Both the position numbers and the translations under genes were made by a program. From NCBI RefSeq assembly GCF_006345805.1, contig NC_043004.1, forward strand, positions 1,302,001 to 1,366,000: DNA of 64,000 nt. The letters run 5' to 3'. Positions 24,403 through 38,100 of this stretch are shown here, piece by piece; the stretch's first letter is position 1, and each line of letters opens with the position of its first letter. The stretch comes from Octopus sinensis. Its lineage: Eukaryota. The notes below the pieces were generated by a model. That model ran no database searches. It was given only the letters and a program-made list of their open reading frames with translations, and was not told the DNA's origin.

Positions 24403-24862
24403 CATTTATTATATAACATGAGTAGAGTAGAAAACGGGAGTAACGGTCTGAATATATGCTGTAAGCTGGAGAGAGGACTGTACGGGTTGGTAATGTCAAG
24501 GGGAGTCTTTATAAATCACCGAAGCTATTATAGGAATGTGTTAAGTGTGGGTGATGTTGTTCCGCATAAATTTTTGCATTCTTTTAAAAATTATGATGAT
24601 TTCTTTCTAATTCCACATTCTAACAATTTGGCAAGATTCATATGAACAGATGACAATGTTGGTGAGTACAACAATTCTTTCGGGTGTAGGTGTTTTAGAC
24701 ATACATTTGTAACATTGATAGACACTGAGGTTAAAAAATTTTTTTTCTAATTGCTTTCCTTCTGTCTGACGCTAAAGATGGCGATCAACATGAAAAGTAC
24801 GTACTTTTCGTTTGTGATTATCCCCCTTTCGAGTGCGCTTTATGCACACACACACACACACG

Positions 24863-24920
<58 letters not shown>

Positions 24921-26036
24921 CACACACATGCACACACACATACACATTGGTTACAGAACATGAACAACGAGGACAATCAAACCTTAGAGTCAGCTGAAGA
25001 TATGGCTAATACACAGAAAAAACGAAAACTCGGAGTCTCCAAGGATCATGGGGCAGAAGTGACGTTCCCCAGGTAGACTCTAAAAATCAAAAGTTCTACT
25101 ATTTTAGCGCATAGATGTAATGCTGAAGGCAACAGCTGTCAAAAATTATTGCGTTCGCCATACGATGGTAATTGAAACCTGGAGTAGATATTTTGGCCAT
25201 AAATGAAACAATTTATCACAGTTTTAAAGAAGACGTTAACATTATGTCAATGAAGATAGCCATAAAGAAACATTAGACTACGAAGTAAAAAATATTAGTC
25301 GATATTGGAACAAATAAGAGGATATATAAAAAAAAAAGGTAAGGACTTAAAGATCGAACAGAGTGACATTAAGAATTTATAACTACCCATACATAAAAGA
25401 CTGATTGCTCCATAAAATACCTTCTTTCTCAAAAGAAGTGAAATGATTGGAGTAGAGTTACTTAAAATCCTATATATTAAAAAAAATGATCAATCAGGGA
25501 TTAATGCCGCGGAATTAAATGCGATATAATTGAAGATTAAAACTGTAACAGATGCAAAGTTACCTGAAATAAGAGGTTTTAAACAAAAGTATTTCGCCCA
25601 ATCAAGGATGTGGTTGATCTTTATGATATCAGATAGTAAATGAGCTCACTTCAAAACGATTTTTGTTTTCATTTTATTATCCTCTGCATTGCACATCTAC
25701 GATGGAGACAGCAAATTTGATAATTAGGTAAAATAAAGCAATATGAACTATTTCTTTTAAGTTGGCTAGCAATCTGTACTGGAAAGGCAACTTCGACGAA
25801 ACACAACACATACCGTGTATAAAAATTTGGGAAGAAAAACCACAAACAATCAAAAGATGCCGATTTGGACAACGAATGAAATTTACCTCACTTAATCAGT
25901 GGGACTCGAATGAAATTCAAATATGAACGTCTTAGTACTTCACCAGTTGTATGACACTTGGTGGAGTTCTAATTGTTCATAAGATTTGGTTTATGGAGGA
26001 AATGATGTATACACAAACAACTATGTGTGTGTGTGT

Positions 26037-26145
<109 letters not shown>

Positions 26146-26639
26146 TGGCGCCTTTGCAATTGTTAATATGTTTCTTAATTCAAATATTTCATCTGTGAAC
26201 AGGAGTGATTTGTGTAAGAAATTATTATCAGTTTCACCCGAGCATGTACAAGTTCAGAGACTTGGGCAACGAAATCTATATTGACCAAGTACGAATGTTA
26301 TCAATTGGCTATGAACTCTGCTAGGTCGGTTTGTGCGTCGTACGCTACACGAAGACAAACTGAACCACTCAGAAGCAGAAGGCATTCTTATTGTTTTCTC
26401 GAATGAATTCTTAGTAATTAACTGGAGCCCATTTCTAACGACCGCGGAAAATACGAGACAAAAGAAAATGGGATTGAGAAATGTCTAATGCTTTACCTTT
26501 TCCGTTCATGTCATTGCTAGTCTTTTATTAATTGAATCTGCTTAATATATGACTGGTACCTACTTTATCGCTTCAGAGGGGATGAAGAGCGAAACAAACG
26601 ATGATAGACGATAGAATTGTGCCACACTAAAACTAAAGG

Positions 26640-26937
26640 AGTGGATTAACATAGCCTAGTGGCTAGAGCAGCAGACTCGCTGTCGAGAGATCGCGGGTTT
26701 GAATCTCAGACCGGGCGATGTGTGTGTTTATGAGCGAAACACCTAAGCTCTACGCAGCTCCAGCAGAAGGTAAAGGTGAACTTCTGCTGACTCTTTCGCC
26801 ACGTATTTCTCTCACTCTTTCCTCCTGCATCTTGCAGCTCACCTGCGGTGGACCGGCGTCCCGTCCAGGTGGGGAACCTATACGCCAAGGAAACCGCCCC
26901 TTATGAGGTAGACGTGGCTCGAGAAGGAACAAACAAA
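26640..26937 (+). mobile_element. tRNA-derived SINE with V-domain-like 3' part
   Basis: Forward copy of 21081-21388. Confidence 0.8.
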
Positions 26938-28289
26938 ACTAAAGGAATGAAACTGATTTTTTTTTCATATTTGCTCTTCGATAAACTCCAGGTTTCTTTT
27001 TGCCGGCGAAAAAAGAATGGGTTGGGGGACTCTCCTTTGTCGAGATTTTCTCACTTAAATCTTTAAAAATGGTTTCAAATACCGCACTGTGTTCTCGGCT
27101 TGGTAGGGCTATCTTTTGTTCAACGACGGTACCACATCCTTCAACCAAATATTGATTTTTTATAATGGTGCAGGGTATATATTTATTGCGCGAATGGGAA
27201 TATAGTCAATTGAATCGGTTTAATAGCATATTTGGTACATTTTGTACCTTAGAGGAGTGAATGTCATCGGCCTAGAAGGGATTTGAACTCCGGACTTCAT
27301 GTAACATCCCTAAATACTGTAAGGAGATCAGTTCAGCGTCTTTCCTGAAAGAGTCTCAGTTCAGTGAGTTTCCTTTTCAATTTTCCCTTCGTTTGTAACA
27401 TTGTATTTCTTTTTTTTTTTAAGTCCGACTCGAACTAAGAGAAAAACGAAGAGAATATGGAAGAAACAATACTACAAAATGAAGGGGTGAAAAAAACAAT
27501 TAATTAGGTGTTAGAAAATTAAACAAACAAGCAAATATTTATGTGTTTATACAGTCCTGTGTTTGTATTTTGTGAAGGTGGTGTTTGTTGACGGGTTTAC
27601 AAGAGCGATTCGTTAATTGCTAGCCACTAAACCGATGTTCATCAGAGAGTGCGACTATACACCTGATGTTATTGTACAACGACAATAATTCTAAATTTGC
27701 TTGATTTCTTTTGTTATCATTCTTTACTCTTTGTCACTCAAACCCTCTAAACATGTTTACAAATGTTTTAACAAACAGCTCAAATTTGATAAATCAATAT
27801 TTAGAACGGCCGCGGTTTTATTGATTACCGCATTTATTGCTCAACAATGGTTTCACAGGGACTCTACAGAGGTGCAATACGATCTTGCTAGAAATCCCAT
27901 CTTAATTGAAAAGAAAGGGTCTATTTAATTCCCTCTGCTTCCGAATGTTGGTCCTGTCTCTATTAGACATATTTCTCTGACAGTCAACCTACGTATCGTA
28001 TTACACACAAAAAATAATTATCTGCCGGAGGAAAAAAAAGTGAGGTTATTATCACAATTATTCTTGTTGTTGTTATTATGTCTAATATGTTTGGTTTGGA
28101 TAATCTTGCCAACTTAGTGTATTTGAAGTGTGCTCATCCATTAACGCTCGAAGTCCCCGGGGAGAGGGCTTCGTGTGAAGCGGTTGAATCGGAGGGGTAA
28201 ATGGTGACTTTCGAGTTGGTCGAATTAGGATCGGACGGCGGGGAAATATATATATATATAGGGCAGCAACGGCGCTTGGTGGGGGTTGT

Positions 28290-29045
28290 GGCGGCGTGAG
28301 TGATGGTGGCGGTGGGTGCAAGTAGAGTGTGTGTGTGTGTGTGCGTGTGTGTGTTGGTGTTGGTGACGGTGGTGGTGATCTCGACGAAGACAAATAATTG
28401 AAATGGTGTGGTATGGCAGTAACGACTGCGTTGGTGGTGGTAGTGATAATGGCGATGGTGGTAGTAGTGGTGGCGATAATTGCGGTGGTGATGGCAGTAG
28501 CGATGGTGGTGGTGGTGGTGATGATGATGGTGGTAGTAATGGATGTAATGGTGGTGGTGGTGGTGGTAGTAGTAGTGTTGATGGTGATGACAGTAATGAT
28601 GATGGTGGTGGTGGTGCTGCTGCTGGTGATGTTAGTAGTGTTAGTGGTGGTTGCGGTTGTGGTGGTTGTAGTGATGGTGGTGGTTGTGGTGATGGTGGTG
28701 TTTGTGGTGGTGGTGGTGGTAGTTGTGATGGTTGTGGTGGTGGTGGTAGTTGTGGTGATGATGATGGTAGTGGTGGTGATGATGATGGTGGTAGTATTGG
28801 ATGTAATGGTAGTGGTGGTTGTGGTGGTGGTTGTAGTGGATGTAATGGTGAGGTGGTGGTTGTGATGATGATGATGGTAGTGGTAGTGGTGGTGGTGTTA
28901 GAGGTGAAAGTACTGGATGCCAGTAATGGCGATGGTAGTAGTGCCGACGGAGGTGGGGGTGTCAATATTAATGGTGGCAGAGGTGATGGCGATGGCGGCG
29001 ATACTTGCGGTTATAATGCTGGAGATGGTGGTCGTGGATGGTAAC

Positions 29046-29083
<38 letters not shown>

Positions 29084-29180
29084 TGACAAATGCGGTGGCG
29101 GTGGTCGTGATGGTAATGGTGTTAGTGATAGTGGTGATGGTGGTGGTGGTGGTGGTTATGGTGGTGGTGGTGATGTGGTT
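28290..29180. repeat. (GGT/GAT)n degenerate trinucleotide tract
   Basis: Direct; gives poly-V, poly-G and poly-P pseudo-ORFs. Confidence 0.95.
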
Positions 29181-29429
29181 GTCCTCGATGTATCGGTTTA
29201 CATGAATTCATCCTCTTCAATTACCCCCCCCCTCACACTCCACCCTGTCCCTTATTGTCCGACTCCGGTCATATTATTTAGGCTTATGCAATCTTTTACT
29301 CGCCTCACTCACACACAGTCACTTAACTCAACTCAAGACTCACTTAACAAATACAAATGTGTGTGTGTGTGTGTCTATATGTATGTATCTGTGTGTGTGT
29401 ATATGCATGAATCGGAGTGTGTGTGTGTG

Positions 29430-29473
<44 letters not shown>

Positions 29474-29522
29474 TGTGTGTGGTGTGTGTGTCTATGAGTA
29501 TGTATGTATATGTGTATGTATG

Positions 29523-29622
29523 TAATTATTCAGTTTTATTTCAAGATTTCTTGCCGATAGGGAAAGAGCTGGTTTCTAACCTAGATCCAAGGCTTCTTCA
29601 TTGGAATTTCAACATCAACAGG

Positions 29623-29653
<31 letters not shown>

Positions 29654-30292
29654 TGTATGTATGTATGTATGTATGTATGTATGTATGTATGTATGTATGT
29701 ATGTATGTATGTATGTATGTGTGTGTGTATGTATGTATGTATGTATGTATGTATGTATGTGTGTGTGTGTGTGTGTGTATGTACGTACGTACGTACGTAC
29801 GTACGTATGTATGTTGTATGTATGTATGTATGTATGTATGTATGTACGTATGTATGTATGTATGTGCAGATTTGTATGTTTTATGTATGTCTTCTCATGC
29901 GTATAATTACATATCTAGACATGTTCATATATATTCAAATGATAAACATCTGGAAAGTTTTACAGATTTTTACAGTTCCAGTGGTACGTACGTACGTATG
30001 TATGTATGTATGTATGTATGTATGTATGTATGTATGTATGTATGTATGTATGTATGTACGTACGTATGTATGTGCAGATTCGTATGTTTTATGTATGTAT
30101 TCTCATGCGTATAATTACATATCTAGACATGGACATATATATATTTAAATGATAAACTTCTGGAAAGTTTTACAGATTTTTACAGTTCCAGTTATGGATT
30201 GGATCTGTAGTCTTTAAATTAGCTTTTCTCCTTTTTGCTTTTGGGAAGCCTAATTTCTCAGGATTGGTATTTAGTCAGTGTGTTGTATGTCC
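29523..30292 (-). mobile_element. RLE-type LINE 3' end embedded in (CATA)n, with internal duplication
   Basis: EKLGF...RLQIQSITGTVKICKTFQKFII* (stop near 30146); 29866-29983 duplicates 30074-30191; probable terminal UTR piece 29523-29622. Confidence 0.6.
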
Positions 30293-30963
30293 CAAGGCCC
30301 CAATAACAATATGTATGTTATGCTATGTGAGGTCGCTCTAGAGTGCTACTTGTAACATGTAACCCAGTACAACCTGTTGCATGGTCGGGTCCTCGGCGAC
30401 TAAACCAGCAAACCCACCAAGCTTACTTAGTGAGGAGGGCGACTATTGGACACCCTGCGAGATAAAAAACAAGACCCGTCAAAGGGCGGAAGACCTGAGA
30501 AGGGTCAACGGCCATCCAATAAAGTATGTAAAGTTGTGTGGGTATATTTTGCGCGCGCGCGCGTGTCTATTCTTGAGTGTATTTTTTAATTTAAATTTTT
30601 GTTTCCATGAATTTTTCTGACTAACTTTGTGGCTGTTAATGTATGTCTGTGTGTGTGTCGGTGTGAGTGCATGTAAAACACTTACGATGGGCGGATAGTA
30701 GTTCTTTAGTTTTGGATAACAAGCTATCTAAGAGAAAGATACTCCGAAATTAAACCTGCAGTCTCAAAGAGCATCCATTGATGAGGATCTATTCCTCTTT
30801 GCAGGTTTCGCTTTTGGTACTTAGAGAGTGGGATTGGGTGAGCGCAAGCTCTTTCCTTACTTTAAAAAGCTTCTGGCACGGGTATTGCTTGAGCAAATTT
30901 TGCTGAAGTTCATCGATGATATTCTAGGGTATAAAGAAGTTAGGCAATGGCTCTACTCGATAG

Positions 30964-31552
30964 GGCGGCGAGCTAGCGGAACCGTTAGCACGCCGGGCGA
31001 AATGCTTAACGGTATTTCGTCTGCCGCTACGTTCTGAGTTCAAATTCCGCCAAGGTCGACTTTGCCTTTCATCCTTTCGGGGTCGATAAATTAAGTACCA
31101 GTTACGCACTGGGGTCGATATAATCGACTTATTTCGTTTGTCTGTCCTTGTTTGTCCTCTCTGTGTTTAGCTCCTTGTGGGTAGTAAAGAAATAGGTATT
31201 TCGTCTGCCGCTACGTTCTGAGTTCAAATTCCGCCAAGGTCGACTTTGCCTTTCATCCTTTCGGGGTCGATAAATTAAGTACCAGTTACGCACTGGGGTC
31301 GATATAATCGACTTATTTCGTTTGTCTGTCCTTGTTTGTCCTCTCTGTGTTTAGCCCCTTGTGGGTAGTAAAGAAATAGGTATTTCGTCTGCCGCTACGT
31401 TCTGAGTTCAAATTCCGCCGAGGTCGACTTTGCCTTTCATCCTTTCGGGGTTGATTAAATAAGTACCAGTTACGCACTGGGGTCGATATAATCGACTTAA
31501 TCCGTTTGTCTGTCCCCTCTGTATTTAGCCCCTTGTGGGCAATAAAGAAATA
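30964..31552 (+). mobile_element. tRNA-SINE head-to-tail trimer (184-bp period)
   Basis: One complete head, then units starting ggtatttcgtctgcc at 31011, 31195, 31379. Confidence 0.9.
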
Positions 31553-31879
31553 AAATGGCTCTACATGAAATCGTGTTGGCAACCTGTATATATGTCAGGT
31601 CGCTTTTGAGTGGTACTGGTAACGTGTAATCCAGTACAACCTGTTGCATGGTCGACTGGTCAGCGACTAAACTGGCAACCCCCACTAGGCTTGCTTGGTG
31701 AGGAGAGTGATTGTGGGACACCCTACGGGATAAAAAATAAGTGAAGTGAAGGAATGAAAATAGAGATGAGATATGCAAAGATATTGCATTTGTATATATA
31801 CATACATATATATATATATATACATACATACATACATACATATATATATATGAGTGTGTGTGTGTGATTCATTAAATGC

Positions 31880-32600
31880 ATAACTTTCTTCATATTTTAT
31901 TTTTTGTATATTTGATTTTTCGTATTTTCTTATTAGTTTTTTACTACTTATTTAGGACAATAATGTTTCAAAGTTTATATCCGACGTTTCTAAACCTTCA
32001 CACTCTCATATTCAAGAATTATATATAGTTAGCATCTGTGTTGTTTCTCATATACTAGTTGAATTCATGTAAATTTCTCCGCCAAAGCTTTTGTGGTTTT
32101 CACGTCAGCAGTTCCAACTGGATTTGTAACCTTGTGGTCAAAATTATGTTATGGATTCCGATGTCAATAGACACGAGTTACTGTTTTTGATGTATGTATT
32201 ATTTGTGTTTGCTTTGGCATTGTTTTGCGACTTGAGTATGGTTTTCGAATTAACTTGTTGTTTTGAGGAATTTTAGAATATGTGAATATTATCCGCAAGT
32301 ATTGTCTAACTTTGTTTTGTGGGGTATGGTTAAATGGAGTAGCAGGTCTGCTGATGTAGCAGCCTAACAGTGAAAAAAAAAAAAAAAAAAACTTCGGTGG
32401 AAAAATCTACATAGATTCAACCAAAATATGAGAACTAATACAGATTACCAAATGTACTCAATTCTTAAAAGTGAGAGTATGAAGGTCTAGAAACGTCGAA
32501 TATGGACTTTAGAACATTATTTTACAAACTGTAAAAATATTTCGCAGACAAATCAAACAATTTAAAGTAAAAAGGATAAAACTTGAACACAGTCGTATAT
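31880..32600 (-). mobile_element. Old Penelope-like element with inverted pseudo-LTR
   Basis: 31960-32080 is an imperfect inverted repeat of 32400-32520, both with gaaacgtcg; minus strand reads HNFD..-type endonuclease C-terminal relic. Confidence 0.5.
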
Positions 32601-33321
32601 TTAATAAAACATGTATAAAAGAAAAGCTATTCCCCATATATGTACACACACACACATACACAAACATGCATATATATTTCTGATTTGTGGGGGGGGGGGG
32701 CGTGCAACGTATTTATTCTTTGTCCTACATATCTAAGTGCGTTAAAATCCGTTGCTTGATCTTTATAGTTAGCGGCGTCGAGATTAAGTCTAAGAAGAAT
32801 ATTTATTTATAACATACATCACACATTCACATATAACTTATATATGCATATACTTATATACAAAATGTGTATTAATCGCATGCTAATGTGTACGCTTATG
32901 TCGATCAGTATATGCATTTCCCTATGTATTCATGCACGCATACAAATACATCTATATAGATACGTTTACGTCTATATTTGTATACACGTGTTGTGTATAC
33001 ATATACATACACACCATTATATATACAAGACAAGAAATCAATTTTGCCTCTTTTTATGGAAACAAGAAGGGTTTATAGGACTGCAAAAAAGAAGTGCTCA
33101 AATGAAATTGTGACAGAGACAAAAAGCATTGTTTAGAGAACAAACATCAAATTCGGGTCAACAACTTTATATAACATCACGCGTCCGTACATTTCATCAT
33201 ATATTCTATATGTTGAAGGCCATGGTTTACATATGATGAAATGTATGGATGCTTGGTGTTATATAAAATCGTTGACCCGAATTTTATGTTTGTTCTCTAA
33301 TCAATGTTTTTATATATATAT

Positions 33322-33480
33322 AGGGAGAGTTTACGAAAAAAAAAAGTAAAAGACGAATACAGGTGGTGTACAAAACAAACAGATGTATTAGTATAACGCT
33401 TAGAACTAGAAGGTCTTTTACGTTTCGAGCCTACGCTCTTCTACAGAAAAGGACACAGAAAAAAACAAGGAGAGAAAAAT
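33322..33480 (-). mobile_element. Penelope pseudo-LTR-like fragment with hammerhead-like motif in (TA)n
   Basis: Minus: ctttt-CTGTAGA-A-GAGC-gtag-GCTC-GAAA-CGTA-aaag; homologous to 43590-43763. Confidence 0.6.
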
Positions 33481-33512
33481 ATACATATATATACATACAT
33501 ATATATATATAA

Positions 33513-33591
<79 letters not shown>

Positions 33592-33632
33592 AATATAAAT
33601 ATATATATAAATAATATATATATAAATATATA

Positions 33633-33667
<35 letters not shown>

Positions 33668-33696
33668 GTATGTATGTATGTATGTATGTATGTATA

Positions 33697-33888
33697 CCTT
33701 CCTGCTTTAAAACATTTTCTTGATCTTCGTCCTGACCCTCAGCTTCATACCGCTACCCTCCTCCGTTTGATTGAACTTCTCTCTCTTAACTATTTCTCGT
33801 TCGCGGGCGAATTTTGTCATCAGATCTTGGGAGTGGCCATGGGAACAAGAATGAACCCCAGCTAAGCGAACCTATTCGTTGGCTATGG
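33697..33888 (+). mobile_element. Penelope-like (Neptune-type) RT fragment
   Basis: ALKHFLD.RP....TATLLRL.EL..LNYFSF.GE...Q..GVAMGTRM.PS*ANLFVGY. Confidence 0.8.
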
Positions 33889-34059
33889 TGAGAATTAATA
33901 ATAGACCCTCAAGCTATAATATCCGCCGATTAAGTTTGCGTATATTGGAATCATTTTCGTTCCCGTCCTCGTTCCTGACCTTTGTCGCTAGGCTGTGTTA
34001 CCGAACGTAAAGTAGTCACTTTCAAAAATAACGAGGCCAGCCACAATAAATCTTCCATC

Positions 34060-34450
34060 TATACATTTTGGCTAGTATTTGAGAGCTTTGATTTAAAATT
34101 GTGTGGTATGTTGCTGTAAAACTTCCCAGCATCAAGTTTTATAATGTTGATATTTTCACCTGCTGCATTAGAAAGATGGCTGAGTATATCAAGATCATCT
34201 CGTATAAGTTCAATATGTGATTGAGGAAAGGCTTTAGATGAATGTCTAGGAAGTTTTTTAAGCGAGGTGTTCTGCAAGACGGGTGAGGGACACAGTTTTA
34301 AATCCGTTGGTGTGGCATGCTCACACAAATGGTTTTTGTTCTTTCATTAATTAGCTGATTTTTTATATATTTTAAATAGTCCATAGCAGTTGCTTGTTCT
34401 ATATTTGAAGTTTCTAAGGTAATCCAGTTTTTTATGGGTTCGGGAATTGA
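34060..34450 (-). mobile_element. Penelope-like RT fragment (second family)
   Basis: LDYL.NF..RTSN.YGL.KI.K and IRDDLD.LSHL...D...YSNIPH. Confidence 0.7.
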
Positions 34451-34462
34451 ACTTCTTATGAA

Positions 34463-34702
34463 GGCAGCGAGCTGGCAGAAACGTTAGCATGCCGGGTGAA
34501 ATGCTTTGCGGTATTTCGTCTGCCGCTACGTTCTGAGTTCAAATTCTGCCGAGGTCGACTTTGCCTTTCATCCTTTCGGGGTTGATTAATTAAGTACCAG
34601 TTACGCACTGGGGTCGATCTAATCGACTTAATCCGTTTGTCTGTCCTTGTTTGTCCCCTCTGTGTTGAGCCTCTTGTGAGCAGTAAAAAAATAAGAAATA
34701 AG
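34463..34702 (+). mobile_element. tRNA-SINE monomer (family of 30964)
   Basis: Complete head to aaataagaaataagaa tail. Confidence 0.85.
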
Positions 34703-34719
34703 AATGAACGTCTCACAAA

Positions 34720-35700
34720 ACTGCAGAAGCTACTTCAGTTGCCTAACAGCATCTTCTCCAGCCCTGATTTCTACACTGTTCCACAAATATCTAGCTTTTG
34801 GCAAATTCTCTTTCGTTTGCCTCTTCCATGAGTTCCTCCTCATGATCACCTGTTTGGTGGAATTTGAGATGACAGCTGTGACTGGACGATATGCTCTGGG
34901 GGGGCCTTCATAGTTCAATGAGACCCACTCTCCGGTTGAGGCTGTGTAAGAAGGTAGAGCAATTAATGTATCACTCAACTGGGATCCTCTGTAACTTTGA
35001 GAAAAGTGACGACCTCCTTCCTGGAGAAGAACTTGTCTGTCTAAGTGGCTGTTGGTATCACATTTGCGGTGATAACAACTCCTCTCTCTCACACACATGC
35101 CCTCAGCAGTATTGGCCATTAACTAAGGCTCTATGGAAGCTGCTGAGACGTTGAAGGGACATTCTTTTGGTATACAAGATAGCCTGAACTCTTGTCCCAT
35201 GTGTGTAAGTTTGTAGGATATGGTAAAGTGTCGGAGACATAGTGGATCAGAAATCTGATTCTATGGATGTTAGCCCACCAGAAATTCGATCAAATGCTGT
35301 TCCAGTCTATTGACCATCTTGTTCGGGTTTCTTGCTGAGCCATGCCATCCTGCTTGTCAGTGCTTCCTTTACACTGAATCCTTGGAAGAGATGATCTTTT
35401 CTTCTGACAGTACCAATATGGCAGGCTGGAAACCTATCCAAACGTGAACACCTTATCACATCAGTGCCAACAACAGGTCTATACTTTAATCGTGCTTCTT
35501 CTACCTGCCACTCACTGGCCGCATTTCATTTCCTATTCGAGCAAATTTTAATGCTAGCTTCCCTTACACTAGTGTCCTTGGAATTTCTTTACATCATGGC
35601 TTTTCTTATTCGCGACCCTACAACATACTCCGAGAGGCATCTGCACGGGAGTCGTAAGGTGTTGGTGGTTATGTACCAAGCTATACTGCTTAGGTATCTT
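34720..35700 (-). mobile_element. HERO/NeSL-like RLE LINE relic
   Basis: RK*NAA...EARL..VVG, RIRFLI..V.DTLP.PTNL..W, RP..VIS.STKQVIM, QCRNQGW motifs across frameshifts. Confidence 0.6.
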
Positions 35701-35919
35701 GCTAAGCTAAGCCATCTTCTCAAAAATTTAAAAAGAAAAAAAAAGCGAACTTTAAACAATTAACTACTGACAAGGGTCACAAAACCCCGAGCTTTGAAGA
35801 GTGTGGATAATCCAAATTTGTCAACCTTTTATAAACCAGTTTTCAAGATCTTTACTGATTCTGCGGACGGCAACTGTTAAAGAGTTGGCCTACGGTCTTG
35901 AGGTTTTGTGTGTTTACAC

Positions 35920-36140
35920 CTCCACACACACACGCACGCACATGCACACATGCAAACACACACATGTCTATTTATGCATATACATGTATGTAATTACATG
36001 TGCATATATATATGTATGCCGTTTGGTTGGTATGTTTGCGTGTGCATGGAAATGTACGTGTACATGTTCATGTATGTATGTTTGTTTGTATGTATGTATG
36101 CATGCACGTATGTATGTATGCATGTATGTATGTGTGTATG

Positions 36141-36171
<31 letters not shown>

Positions 36172-36305
36172 GTAAGTATGTATGTATGTATGTGTATGTG
36201 TATATATGTATGTATGTTTATATATATGTATTCATATATATAATTATGCATATATATATTTACGTATATATATATATGTATACCTTTATTTATATACATA
36301 CGTTT

Positions 36306-36366
<61 letters not shown>

Positions 36367-36392
36367 CATATATAAATATAGATATATATAGC

Positions 36393-36445
<53 letters not shown>

Positions 36446-36770
36446 GCGTATGGATAATAATGTATACACACACACACATATATATGTATTTACATAACTA
36501 TGTATATATATTGAATATATGTGTATATATATGTAAATATACATGTGTGTATATATATATATATATTTATATATAACTATGTATATATATATTGAATATA
36601 TGTGGATATATATATATGTAAATATACATGTGAGTGTGTGTGTGCATGATGTATACCAGTGCGATAGAATCCCTATGTGTTTTATATTTCTCATTTATGC
36701 ATTCATATATACACAATCATAAACACAGAGATACATTCGCATGTGTGTGTGTATGTATATATTAATGTAT

Positions 36771-36842
<72 letters not shown>

Positions 36843-37061
36843 GAATTAATGAATATATATATATATGTGCGTATGTGTATATATTCACATGCATACATAT
36901 ACAATACAGATATACCTTACATACATACACACACACATACATATAAACATACATACAAACATATATACAAACATACATACGTGCATATATACATACATAC
37001 CTACATACATACATACATACATACATACATACAAACATACACACGTGCATGCATACATACA

Positions 37062-37095
<34 letters not shown>

Positions 37096-37365
37096 CGTGC
37101 ATGCATACATACGTACATACATACATACATACATACATACATACATACATACGTGCATGCACACAGACATACATATATACGTGCATACATACATGCACAT
37201 ATACATACATGCATACATACATACGTGCATACATACATATATACATACATGCACATATACATACATGCACATATACATACATGCATACATACATACATAC
37301 ATACATGCATAATACATACATACATACGTGCATGCATGCATGCATACATACATACATACATACTG
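35920..37365. repeat. Compound (TATG)n/(TA)n/(CATA)n tract
   Basis: Direct. Confidence 0.95.
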
Positions 37366-38100
37366 ATGTATAATATTATAGATAGATACTCTCGCGTACG
37401 CACGGTGCGGCTGGGAAAGGCGGAGAATGTTTAACAATCGGATGTAAAAACCTACAATTATTGTTCTCTGATTATACATTGAGATTCAGCCCAATAATCA
37501 TTGGTGCCGATGAGCCGATGTCTATGTAAAATCTATGTTAACAAGCTGCAATTCTCATAAAAGAACAGAAGCGACGAGCGACTGTTGTCAAATGTTACAT
37601 TATCAGATAATGAAAGAAAGGAAGGAAAACGAAAGAAAATAAAGATGAAGTAAGAAAAACAACAAAGAAAACACAAATATCAAAATGGTAAAATAAAACA
37701 TACAACAAAGGGGAAACTTCAATGCAGTGATTCTTTCTGCTGAAACTAGCAGCCAAAAATCAGAAAAATCACTCTTTAAAAGGGTCTCAGCGGTTGGGTC
37801 TGAGAAGAAATGTGGTATGGTCACGTATGGTCACATACATACATACATACATACATACATACGTGCATATATACATACATGCACATATACATGCATACAT
37901 ACATACGTGCATACATACATATATACATACATGCATACATACATACATGCATACATACATACATAGGTTTACTCGAACTTCGCTGCTTTTGGCTAAAGAA
38001 TAGCATTTTACTAATTTTCACGATTTTTTTTATGCCACCAGGGCGATATGCTAAAACGCAACTAAAGAATTGAAAGAGGAGGAAGGAAGAGAGAGCAAAA

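Noticed and set aside
28225-29525. Gly/Pro/Val-rich ORFs of 150-250 aa
   Set aside because: Open in several frames on both strands because of the (GGT)n repeat; no splice or domain support.
35801-38073. Many overlapping MYVC/HTYI ORFs (also 29359-30148, 42596-44241)
   Set aside because: Translations of (TATG)n/(TA)n microsatellites.
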